Source: a phage
Reading direction: 5' to 3' (one strand)
Assembly (NCBI GenBank): GCA_019326865.1
Contig: GCA_019326865.1_4101.1
DNA length: 64,000 bases
The position numbers and the translations under genes are program-made. Position 1 is the first letter of the stretch. Every line of letters begins with the position of its first letter. Below are positions 11,175-19,815 of this stretch, piece by piece. The notes under the pieces were generated by a model. The model had not been told where the DNA came from. It saw only the letters and a list, made by a program, of their open reading frames with translations, and did not search any database.

Positions 11175-11215
11175 AGAAACTTAAACGATTTTATCCAACA
11201 AAAGGAAATATATAC

Positions 11216-12541
11216 ATGACTACTCAAAACGATATCCTGAATGTTAAACTGACTCCAAAGAAAGCTAAAGAAGCAATGGCACTAGCTGACATGATTCAAG
11301 ATAGCCTGATGATTTGGGGTAGCCCAGGTATCGGTAAGTCTGCAATTGCTCGTCAATACGCTGATGAAAATTACCCTCTGCGTAAAGATAACGAAGCTAA
11401 AATCGAGTTCATGAAACAACAAATTGAAGCTGACCCTGAAAATGCTGATCAGCTACGCCGTGAACTGGCTGCATTTGAAGCTAAACTAATCGACCAAGAT
11501 ACTAACTTCATCGATTTCCGTTTGTCTCAAATTGAACCAAGTGACCTCCGTGGTATCCCTGTACCAGAGAAGCTTTTCCGTAAAACTGACGGTTCTCTTC
11601 TCAAAGAATCTGAGCTTGCTGAAGCAAAAGATTATGTTGCTGAAACTGCTGTAGTTTGGGCTGCACCTAAAGTGCTGAAATTGCCAGAAGATTGGAAAGG
11701 GGTTATTCTGTTTGACGAAATTAACTCTGCAATGCCAATTGTTCAGGCAGCGTCTTATCAGCTAATCCTCGACCGTTGTGTTGGTGAGATGAAGCTACCT
11801 AAAACTGCACTGATTCTTGCAGCAGGTAACCGTGAAACTGATGGCGGTGTAACGTTCTCACTGGCTACACCACTACGTGACCGTATGACACACATTGAGA
11901 TGATTCCTTATCATCAAGATTGGATTAACGATTATGCAATTGGTAAACGTTTGAACCCAGCAACTGTTGCGTTCATCAACAACACAGGTTCTAAGTACTT
12001 TAACACTCTTAGCCCACAAGATCCTTCTCACAGTGGTGGTACTTCTCCACGTTCATGGGAAGCTGTAGCACGCTACGAAGATCTCAAGAAAACTAAGACA
12101 ATTGATAAAGAAGTGTTCCGTGCAATGATTGCTGGGCGTGTAGGTGAAGGTGTAGCAACTGAATACATTGAGTACGTTGATAACGTTGCTAAACTACCAG
12201 ATACTATGTCTATTCTGTCTGGTGAAATCAAAGATATCGATGCAACTCTTGATATTTCTGCGAATTATTTTATTACTTTGAACTTGGTTTATAAAATTAT
12301 CGACCTGTTCAATGAGAAGCAAGAACAACGTCTACCAGTGGAAGAATGGGGTAAACTGTGCAACAACTTCATTACCTTCCTTGACCATAACTTCTCTGCA
12401 ACTCAAGCAGAACTGGCAGTTCTGGCAATTCGCACCATTACGCTTCATAAGGTTGCGATTTCCATTAAAGATGTACCAGCGTTTAAAGATTTTATCGCTA
12501 AGTACTCTGAACTAGTTCGTAAAGCACGCTCTCTTGGGTAA
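11216..12541 (+). CDS. MoxR-family AAA+ ATPase (single AAA module)
   Basis: Walker A GSPGIGKS, Walker B VILFDEIN, sensor-1-like ILAAGNRETD; RBS aaaggaaat; own terminator. Confidence 0.8.
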   Translation: MTTQNDILNVKLTPKKAKEAMALADMIQDSLMIWGSPGIGKSAIARQYADENYPLRKDNEAKIEFMKQQIEADPENADQLRRELAAFEAKLIDQDTNFIDFRLSQIEPSDLRGIPVPEKLFRKTDGSLLKESELAEAKDYVAETAVVWAAPKVLKLPEDWKGVILFDEINSAMPIVQAASYQLILDRCVGEMKLPKTALILAAGNRETDGGVTFSLATPLRDRMTHIEMIPYHQDWINDYAIGKRLNPATVAFINNTGSKYFNTLSPQDPSHSGGTSPRSWEAVARYEDLKKTKTIDKEVFRAMIAGRVGEGVATEYIEYVDNVAKLPDTMSILSGEIKDIDATLDISANYFITLNLVYKIIDLFNEKQEQRLPVEEWGKLCNNFITFLDHNFSATQAELAVLAIRTITLHKVAISIKDVPAFKDFIAKYSELVRKARSLG

Positions 12542-12560
12542 TTAACAAAGAGTGGTTGAC

Positions 12561-12596
12561 AAGAAGGATACGATATAGTATCCTTCTTTTATCTTA
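12561..12596 (+). terminator. intrinsic terminator (aagaaggata / tatccttctt stem + T-rich tail)
   Basis: 10-bp perfect inverted repeat with 8-nt loop right after AAA+ gene stop. Confidence 0.65.
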
Positions 12597-12615
12597 ACTA
12601 AACGAGGAAATATAC

Positions 12616-14040
12616 ATGTCGGATAACAAATCTTCATCTAAGTTTAATGAAGTATCACCAGAACTCCAAAAGGAATGTCAAGATCGATTGGTTCTGGCTC
12701 GTACATCTTTGATGTTAACTGCTCCGTTCTTTGGTGTTTTGGCTTCGCGTTTACGTCCTGTTCCTAATAATACATGGTGTCGTACACTAGCAGTTGATGG
12801 GAAACATTTATTCTACAATGTAGAATTTGTTATGGGCATCCAAGATCAATCTAAAAAGAAAGAGTACGAAGATGCTATTCGTGAAAAACATCCAGAGGTT
12901 ACTGATGAACAATTAAAAGAAATGACAGAAGGTCTGACAGATGAAAACCTCATTGCAGTGATTTGTCATGAAATTTTGCATTGTGCTTACGACCACTTCC
13001 TTCGTCGTGGAATGCGTGATCCACAACGATACAATCGTGCAGCAGATTATGCAATTAACCAAATTATTGTCCGTGAGAAAATTGGAAAAATCCAAAGCTC
13101 ATGGTTATATGATAAAAAATATGAAGGAATGACCGCTGAAGAGATTTATATTCTTCTGGAAGATGAAGAACAAAAAGAAGAAGGTGAAGGGAACGGTCAA
13201 CCACAAAGCGGTGGTGGTGAAGGTGAAGGTAAAAATCGCGGAACTTTTGGTGATATCAAAGATGGTAAGGGTAAACCAAAAGGTACAACAATTGACCAAC
13301 ATGACGTTCCACAAGAAGGCCAAGACGGTGGTTCAAGTGAACAGCAAAAACGCGATTATATGGATGATTTCAAAACAGCAATGATGAATGCTGCACGTGC
13401 TGGTGGCACACCAGCAGAAATCGCTCGTATGATTAATAACTTCAAAGAACCAAAGATTGATTGGCGTTCTAAACTTCAACGCACTCTTCGTAGCTGGTTG
13501 AAGTCTGATGCAACTTATCAAAATCCAGCACGTCGTTCATGGGGTGCAGGTTTTGGTTCTAATGGTTCATTTTATGGTAATCCAATTTATCCAGGGATGA
13601 AACCAGATGATGATATTGATATTGCAATTGCACTCGATGCTTCTGGTTCTATTTCCGAAGACATGCTTCGTGATTTTATTAGTGAAGTTCTTGGTATCAC
13701 TAAACAATTTAAACAGTTTAAAATTCGTATCATGACATTTGATACTGAAGTTTATACTGTAAAAGATTACAAAACTGGTGAAGAACGTAAGATTCTGGAA
13801 TATCCAGTAAAAGGTGGTGGTGGTACTGACTTTGAAGCAGTATGGGTTCATATGAAGAATGACAACTATAAGCCTAAACAGCTTGTAATGTTTACTGATG
13901 GTGAACCGTGGCAGTCATGGGGTGATCCTAACTACTGTAAAACACTGTTTGTGATTCACAGTAACCCAAATAAAGTTGCACCATTTGGTGAAACAGTACA
14001 CTACGAGTATGAAGCAGACAAAAAACGTCAACGTAGTTAA
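12616..14040 (+). CDS. VWA-domain protein with N-terminal HExxH metallopeptidase-like domain
   Basis: HEILHCAYDH (HExxH) in N-terminal half; MIDAS motif IALDASGSIS plus downstream GGGGTDF in C-terminal half; glycine/lysine-rich linker. Confidence 0.75.
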   Translation: MSDNKSSSKFNEVSPELQKECQDRLVLARTSLMLTAPFFGVLASRLRPVPNNTWCRTLAVDGKHLFYNVEFVMGIQDQSKKKEYEDAIREKHPEVTDEQLKEMTEGLTDENLIAVICHEILHCAYDHFLRRGMRDPQRYNRAADYAINQIIVREKIGKIQSSWLYDKKYEGMTAEEIYILLEDEEQKEEGEGNGQPQSGGGEGEGKNRGTFGDIKDGKGKPKGTTIDQHDVPQEGQDGGSSEQQKRDYMDDFKTAMMNAARAGGTPAEIARMINNFKEPKIDWRSKLQRTLRSWLKSDATYQNPARRSWGAGFGSNGSFYGNPIYPGMKPDDDIDIAIALDASGSISEDMLRDFISEVLGITKQFKQFKIRIMTFDTEVYTVKDYKTGEERKILEYPVKGGGGTDFEAVWVHMKNDNYKPKQLVMFTDGEPWQSWGDPNYCKTLFVIHSNPNKVAPFGETVHYEYEADKKRQRS

Positions 14041-14052
14041 GTACTAAATAAT

Positions 14053-14084
14053 GAGAACGGAAATTTTCCGTTCTCTTCTTTTAT
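14053..14084 (+). terminator. intrinsic terminator (gagaacgga-aattt-tccgttctc + T-run)
   Basis: 9-bp perfect stem followed by ttcttttat. Confidence 0.75.
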
Positions 14085-14086
14085 AA

Positions 14087-14116
14087 GTGAGACAACTCAC
14101 AAAAATATGATATAAT
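14087..14116 (+). promoter_or_regulatory. promoter (GTGAGACAAC-N11-TGaTATAAT class)
   Basis: Extended -10 TGATATAAT at 14108-14116; upstream GTGAGACAAC box recurs with identical spacing at 63017. Confidence 0.55.
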
Positions 14117-14151
14117 AGTTATTGTACCAATATACATGGAGAGTATTAAAA

Positions 14152-14397
14152 ATGGAACAAGAAAATAATCAAATTCAACTAACCCTTCTAGACCTAATCA
14201 ATGCAGCAAAAATCATGGAAGCTGCTGTTGCCCGAAATACATTTAAAGTTGAAGAACTCGTGGATGTTTCCCCAGTTGTCGCCAAATTTGTTTCTTTTGC
14301 AAATGAAGCACTTGAAGATATTAAAGCTCAAGAAGACGCTGCTAAAGAAGAATCTGAATCACAAGATATTAAAGCTCAAGAAGATAAAGGAGAATAA
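14152..14397 (+). CDS. small acidic hypothetical protein
   Basis: ATG with RBS ggagag 9 nt upstream (listed ORF begins at 14122); C-terminal DIKAQED repeats. Confidence 0.5.
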   Translation: MEQENNQIQLTLLDLINAAKIMEAAVARNTFKVEELVDVSPVVAKFVSFANEALEDIKAQEDAAKEESESQDIKAQEDKGE

Positions 14398-14399
14398 TT

Positions 14400-15056
14400 A
14401 TGGCAGCTATTCGTCATGTTGGTGTAATGCGTAATACAGGTTCACGTGTTTTTGTTGTTTGGCGTTCACTACCAGATGATCCTGACCACTGCCTTATTGT
14501 TTATCGTGATTCCTTACCAGAAGCATATGTTCATGCAGTAACTGATATTGTGATGGGTCATGGTCAATCAAACATTGATTTGTGGGAAGTAATGCATAAA
14601 ATTGGTTACCTGGATGGTCGTAAAATGCTAGATGTACTACACAATATGCAACATTTACGTCGAGTTCGCACTTGTGATATTGATATGCATACTGGTGGTA
14701 ATAATAAAATTTCTCTTGATGTTCTAAACAAAGCATTAGATGAAAATCAAGCGAAAGTACAAGAAGATGGTAAAGTAAAAGACTTTAACCCATTTAACCC
14801 ACAAGAAGTAGACACAAAAGTGGAAGAAGCAACTATTGTTGAACAACTTATCTCTGACGCTAAAAAATATGAAAAACTTGCCCAAGAGCACTATGAACGT
14901 GCATACAATTTAGAGCCAAGTTTGCGTCCACAGACACAAGTTGTTGAGCAACCGAAAGACAGTAAGACCATTTATCTAGAAATTCCAGAAGGTATTTCAC
15001 AGACTAAAGCTATTGAGAAAGTAAAACAACTATTTGCAGAACGTAAAGCAAAATAA
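14400..15056 (+). CDS. hypothetical protein
   Basis: ORF coupled to neighbours. Confidence 0.5.
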   Translation: MAAIRHVGVMRNTGSRVFVVWRSLPDDPDHCLIVYRDSLPEAYVHAVTDIVMGHGQSNIDLWEVMHKIGYLDGRKMLDVLHNMQHLRRVRTCDIDMHTGGNNKISLDVLNKALDENQAKVQEDGKVKDFNPFNPQEVDTKVEEATIVEQLISDAKKYEKLAQEHYERAYNLEPSLRPQTQVVEQPKDSKTIYLEIPEGISQTKAIEKVKQLFAERKAK

Positions 15057-15059
15057 AAT

Positions 15060-15653
15060 ATGACAAAGAATGAATTAGATGAAGCAATTAAAGGTTTATC
15101 TAATGTATGTTTTAGTGGCGGGGCAGCAGGTGCTGACCGCCTTTTTTCTATCTATGCAAAAAATAATGGATTTGAAGTTATTAATTTTTCATTCAAAGGT
15201 CATGTGCATAGTGTAGATGAAAGTACTATATTAGAAATACCACCCAATATTCTATCTGATATTTCTATATTAAATCAACTAAATATTGCATGTTACTCGT
15301 TACAGCGAAAAGTTCCAAAGCCTGGCTCCTATGTTTATAATTTACTTGCAAGGAATAGTTATCAGATACTTAATACAGAAAGAATATATTGTATTGCAAA
15401 TATCACATCACCAACTAAGGTAAGTGGTGGTACTGCATGGGCAGTACAGATGTATATGGATTCAGTTGAAAATCCTGAAATTTATTGTTATGATATGAAT
15501 TCACGTTCTGTGTTTTACTTCGACACAGTTCTGAAAGAGTTCAAACAATCATTAGTGGTTCCACCACCACATGGTAACTGGACTGGTATTGGTTCACGCA
15601 ATGCCACAGAAAAACATATGCAACATTTTATTACATTTTTCAAGGAAGTATAA
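15060..15653 (+). CDS. hypothetical protein with glycine-rich FSGGAAGADRLF motif
   Basis: ORF; motif reminiscent of Rossmann-type nucleotide-binding loops; stop overlaps thyA start (TAATG). Confidence 0.45.
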   Translation: MTKNELDEAIKGLSNVCFSGGAAGADRLFSIYAKNNGFEVINFSFKGHVHSVDESTILEIPPNILSDISILNQLNIACYSLQRKVPKPGSYVYNLLARNSYQILNTERIYCIANITSPTKVSGGTAWAVQMYMDSVENPEIYCYDMNSRSVFYFDTVLKEFKQSLVVPPPHGNWTGIGSRNATEKHMQHFITFFKEV

Positions 15654-16582
15654 TGAAACAACTACAAGAACTATATCAAAAAATTCTAGATGAAGGCGTA
15701 GAAAGCGTTGACCGTACTGGTGTTGGAACAATTAAACTTATTGGTCAACAAATGCGTTTTGACCTTAAAGATGGTTTCCCAGCCGTGACGACAAAACGTC
15801 TAGCTTGGAAAGCAATGACTTCAGAATTACTATGGTTTATTGAAGGTTCCCATGATGAACGTCGCCTTTGTGAAATTTTGCATGGAACTCGTGATACAAA
15901 AAAGAAAACTATTTGGACAGATAATTATCTAAATCAAGGTGTTGCTCTTGGTTATACTGATGGTGAGTTGGGTCCAGTGTATGGTAAGCAATGGCGTGAA
16001 TGGGAAGATTATAAATTTAGTTCCAGAACTGAAGAAATTCAAGAATTAAAAGATAAAGGATACAAAGTTATCGATTATACTGGTTCACATGGTGTTGTTA
16101 TGAAACGTACAACTGACCAATTACAGGAACTAATCAAAGGTATAAAGTCCGATCCATATGGTCGTCGCCACATTCTAAGTGCATGGAACGTTGGTGAGCT
16201 TGATGATATGACGTTACCACCTTGTCATAGCTTTGTGCAATTTTGTGTAGTACAAGGGAAACTAAGCTGCATTCTACATCAACGCTCCGCTGATCTTTTT
16301 TTGGGAGTTCCATTTAATATCAGTAGTTACTCACTACTAACTCATATGATTGCACAAATTACTGGTTTAGATGTTGGTGAATTTATTTGGAATGGTGGTG
16401 ATTGTCACATTTATAAAAACCACGTTGAACAAGTAAAAGAACAACTACTGCGAGAACCCCGTGAATTACCTGAATTGTGGCTTGATCCTACAATTACTAA
16501 TATTGAAGATTTCACAATGGATTCTTTCAAATTAGTGAATTACAACCCAATGCCAACAATTAAAGCACCGATGGCTGTATAA
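15653..16582 (+). CDS. thyA: thymidylate synthase (T4 td-like)
   Basis: Active-site LPPCH, DRTGVGT, ELLWF, RRHILSAWN, QRSADLFLGVPFNI, C-terminal PMAV; close to T4 td as recalled. Confidence 0.95.
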   Translation: MKQLQELYQKILDEGVESVDRTGVGTIKLIGQQMRFDLKDGFPAVTTKRLAWKAMTSELLWFIEGSHDERRLCEILHGTRDTKKKTIWTDNYLNQGVALGYTDGELGPVYGKQWREWEDYKFSSRTEEIQELKDKGYKVIDYTGSHGVVMKRTTDQLQELIKGIKSDPYGRRHILSAWNVGELDDMTLPPCHSFVQFCVVQGKLSCILHQRSADLFLGVPFNISSYSLLTHMIAQITGLDVGEFIWNGGDCHIYKNHVEQVKEQLLREPRELPELWLDPTITNIEDFTMDSFKLVNYNPMPTIKAPMAV

Positions 16583-16589
16583 ACGAAAA

Positions 16590-16615
16590 GGGAGAACATC
16601 AGTTCTCCCTTTTTA
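16590..16615. terminator. bidirectional intrinsic terminator (gggagaac-atca-gttctccc, A-run / T-run flanks)
   Basis: Perfect 8-bp stem between convergent genes (thyA + strand, fibre - strand). Confidence 0.75.
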
Positions 16616-18886
16616 TTATCTAATTGTTACCAATGTTCTTCCGTCGAAACGTACATCAGGAGTTGAAGGTATACTGAACACTACGTTAGTGCCGTTAAAC
16701 GTCACGCTATCGACCTCAACACGAGTATAGACCCCAGGACTAACCTGTTCCTGTATCTCTGCTGTGACGATGTTTGAGGCTGTTACAGTAAGGGTGTAGT
16801 AATTACCACTTAATACCCAAGATGAAATGGTAAATGCATCGGTTCTTACTGAACCTGAACCAATTGGAACCCATTGACCTTGAACTTTTTGCATTGAAGT
16901 ACGCTCGGTATTGGAGTATGCAATCATACCATCAACACCGACAGAGTTATCAATAGTAGCTAGTACTGGTAATTGAATACCATATCTATTGAAACGTGTT
17001 CTAATAGTTCCATTATCATAGATACTTACATCAGCATAATCACCCATTGAAAGTTTCAAATCTGAATCAACTAATTGCATTGTACTTTGATTAGTAGGGC
17101 TTTCTAACGTAATTATTCCATTTGCCAATAAGCTTAAGTTTTTAAATTTATTCGAAACACCATTAAATGTCGTATTAGCATTGAAAGTACTCGTGCCATT
17201 AACTACTATTGTGTTTTCTGCGGCTGCACCTAATATAGTATTACTTTGAACAATCAAATTACCACTTGTAGTAATATTAGTAGCTGTAGTATCACCATTT
17301 AATTTTGTATTAGCATTGAAAGTACTAGTACTATTAACTACTAATGTGTTTGTAGCGTTGTCACCTAATATAGTATCACTTTGAACATTCAAATTACCAC
17401 TTGCAGTAATATTAGTTGCTGTAGTATCACCATTTAATCTACTTGTACCATCAACTACAATATTACTATTAAATTTTGTATTAGCTTTAAAAGTACTAGT
17501 ACTATTAACTACTAACGTGTTTGCTGCGGTGTCACCTAATATTGTATTGCTTTGAACATTCAAATTACCACTTGCAGTAATGTTACTAGCTGAAGTATCA
17601 CCAATTAATCTACTTGTACCATCAACTACGATATTACCATGAAAATCGCTTTCACCGTTTTTAAATTCAACTTGTACTGAATACATAGAACTAAATGAAA
17701 TTATATTACTACTTGCACTTATACCAACATTAGTATTAGTTGGATTATCGAAGTGTAATATTGGAGTTAATGCTGGTGTTGTTGTTGTTTGATAGAGTGT
17801 TAGTGATGAGTTGTTAATTCTCACACGTTCATTTCCAGCAGTACTAAATCCAATAGCATCATCAGCAGGATGAAAAATACCAGTATTAGTATCAGACCAT
17901 TTATCAGGATCATTTCCAGGATTACTTGTTGGGTCGAATGGCTTATTATTAAATGCAATCGCTGGGGCAGAAGCACTCCCATATATAACACCAAAACGCC
18001 CAGACCCTATTGTACCGTCATCGTACATTGAATCGCCTGTTCTACGTAAACATTCAATTACAACATTATCTATGGAAGTTTGAACTGTACCAGCATTAGT
18101 TCTGAATTGGCGATTATTTGCAATCATAATAGTGTTATCATATAACACAGAAGCTGCTGAAATACTTGTTCTAGATTGGCGAAGGCGTATGTTTTTATCT
18201 TCAGTAATAATAATCCAGTCACCATCAGATAGTGCTGTTTGATTCATTGGTACACCGGAAGCAAACGGCTTAGTTAAATCATCATCAGTTACCAAATTAA
18301 CAAGTCCACTATGTCCCTCACTAGGGATAGAAGTTGAAATAATTCTCGCAAAAGCGTATGTTACTAGCTTTTCACCCGATATATTTGGGTTAGAATCAAC
18401 ATAATATAAAATTTCAACCCAATTCCCTTGCCCAGTTGGGTTGGTTGGAGTAAATGTAACAGGGCTTGTTTTTGGTTTATTCGCTTCAAAATGTGCTTGG
18501 GCGGCATCCATAATACCACGCACAACATAATAATCACCACTAAGTGATGATGATGGTGCAGGTAGTGGGCTTTGGGCTAACGGTGGGTCAATATCATCTG
18601 GAATTGGATTATATGTACCAACAAACTGTAAACCGCTAGTTACTGAGTCTGGTAATTGAGATGTGAGAAGTTTACCATTTGCATCTAAGTTAGCGAAACG
18701 CCTATATGCCATTGAACCATCTTCAAAATCCAGAACGCCCTCAAACGATTTCCATTCTTTATTGTATCTAATCATCCCTGATCTTATTACATCAGCGGTT
18801 TCTTTTGATGGTGCTTTTGGTAATTCTAAAAAAGATTTACTATCAATAATTACACCACCATCACCTCTAATTCGATTTATACTCAT
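16616..18886 (-). CDS. tail fibre protein with three tandem ~57-aa repeats
   Basis: 756-aa ORF; repeat NIVVDGTSRLxGDTxAxNITASGNLNVQSxTILGD...VVNSTSTFxANTK x3; S/T/N-rich. Confidence 0.65.
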   Translation of the reverse strand: MSINRIRGDGGVIIDSKSFLELPKAPSKETADVIRSGMIRYNKEWKSFEGVLDFEDGSMAYRRFANLDANGKLLTSQLPDSVTSGLQFVGTYNPIPDDIDPPLAQSPLPAPSSSLSGDYYVVRGIMDAAQAHFEANKPKTSPVTFTPTNPTGQGNWVEILYYVDSNPNISGEKLVTYAFARIISTSIPSEGHSGLVNLVTDDDLTKPFASGVPMNQTALSDGDWIIITEDKNIRLRQSRTSISAASVLYDNTIMIANNRQFRTNAGTVQTSIDNVVIECLRRTGDSMYDDGTIGSGRFGVIYGSASAPAIAFNNKPFDPTSNPGNDPDKWSDTNTGIFHPADDAIGFSTAGNERVRINNSSLTLYQTTTTPALTPILHFDNPTNTNVGISASSNIISFSSMYSVQVEFKNGESDFHGNIVVDGTSRLIGDTSASNITASGNLNVQSNTILGDTAANTLVVNSTSTFKANTKFNSNIVVDGTSRLNGDTTATNITASGNLNVQSDTILGDNATNTLVVNSTSTFNANTKLNGDTTATNITTSGNLIVQSNTILGAAAENTIVVNGTSTFNANTTFNGVSNKFKNLSLLANGIITLESPTNQSTMQLVDSDLKLSMGDYADVSIYDNGTIRTRFNRYGIQLPVLATIDNSVGVDGMIAYSNTERTSMQKVQGQWVPIGSGSVRTDAFTISSWVLSGNYYTLTVTASNIVTAEIQEQVSPGVYTRVEVDSVTFNGTNVVFSIPSTPDVRFDGRTLVTIR
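17150..17660 (-). repeat. in-frame tandem repeat (~171 bp x3) inside fibre gene
   Basis: Near-identical DNA units visible by eye; approximate boundaries. Confidence 0.6.
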
Positions 18887-18929
18887 TTAAATATTTCCTC
18901 AGAATAGATTATATATGATGTATTTATTT

Positions 18930-18965
18930 TAGATAAAAGAAAAGGCCAAGTATAAACTTGACCTT
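18930..18965 (-). terminator. intrinsic terminator for 18971..19750 (imperfect hairpin + T-run on minus strand)
   Basis: aaggccaag-tataaa-cttgacctt with one mismatch; minus-strand T-rich tail. Confidence 0.4.
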
Positions 18966-18970
18966 GAAAA

Positions 18971-19750
18971 TTATTTAGTACGTTCAGGTATATCAATATC
19001 TTCATATACCCAACTCGCAGCTTGTTGTGCTTTATAAATTGCGTTAGGGTCAGAATCATCAACTGCATCAATTGCTTCACATTGTTTATCACAATCAGAA
19101 AATAGTTTTTCAACCATTGCAAGTGATTCAGTATATAGTTGTGTCATTTCTTCCGCTGTTAGTTTTACTATAGCATCATCAAGAATAATAGTAACATTTT
19201 CAGCACCAGATACAACTTGTGTATAATAATTAAGAAGCATTTGGCGACCCGCAAGATCTGTATTATAACGATGTTCTTTGAATACATAACCAGCATTAAT
19301 TCGATTAGTACGTTCTGATAAAGTTCGTTCTTTCAAATCTTTTTTCACATCGGAAATTGGTACATCGACATAATTGTATGTTTTAAGTACAGTCAATGCT
19401 TTGTATTCACCAGTTGCATCTTCTAAAAATTCAACGACTGGTTGTTTTTCATCTTTTAATCTAATATATTCCAATGGTTGACCATTCTTGTTTATATTGC
19501 CTACATTTTTATACTCTAACCACCAAAAACCTTCTTCTTTTCTCACCTCATCATTTGGTTCCACTGGAGAACCATCATAACTGGAAATACCATACAAAGT
19601 TCTAATATCGCTATAAAGATAACGATAGGTCTGTGAATCATCTGGAATTGCACCAGGGCGTTCTTTAAGACCTTTAACACCGATTGGGTTTGAGATGATA
19701 CTACCCAATTCATAGTTTTCCTTTGAATTACCTTTCACATATGTGAACAT
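18971..19750 (-). CDS. hypothetical protein (between fibre genes)
   Basis: ORF. Confidence 0.5.
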   Translation of the reverse strand: MFTYVKGNSKENYELGSIISNPIGVKGLKERPGAIPDDSQTYRYLYSDIRTLYGISSYDGSPVEPNDEVRKEEGFWWLEYKNVGNINKNGQPLEYIRLKDEKQPVVEFLEDATGEYKALTVLKTYNYVDVPISDVKKDLKERTLSERTNRINAGYVFKEHRYNTDLAGRQMLLNYYTQVVSGAENVTIILDDAIVKLTAEEMTQLYTESLAMVEKLFSDCDKQCEAIDAVDDSDPNAIYKAQQAASWVYEDIDIPERTK

Positions 19751-19815
19751 ATAACTACCTCACTTGTTACGATGGTGTCACCCAAGTAAGGTGACACCTT
19801 TTATTTTAATTATTA

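Noticed and set aside
12312-12515. 67-aa plus-strand ORF overlapping the 3' end of the AAA+ gene in another frame
   Set aside because: Embedded in a well-supported gene; no independent signals.
12556-12584. TTGACAAG box at 12556 as a promoter for the VWA gene
   Set aside because: No acceptable -10 at 16-18 bp spacing; the box is part of the terminator stem (aagaaggata/tatccttctt), so it is more likely a terminator than a promoter.
15653-16582. Possible group I intron in thymidylate synthase, as in T4 td
   Set aside because: The ORF is continuous at 309 aa with all conserved thymidylate synthase blocks in one frame; no insertion is present.
17150-17660. Possible CRISPR-like array suggested by tandem repeats
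   Set aside because: The repeats are in-frame coding repeats (~171 bp, imperfect) inside a fibre gene, with no short direct repeats separated by unique spacers and no cas genes.
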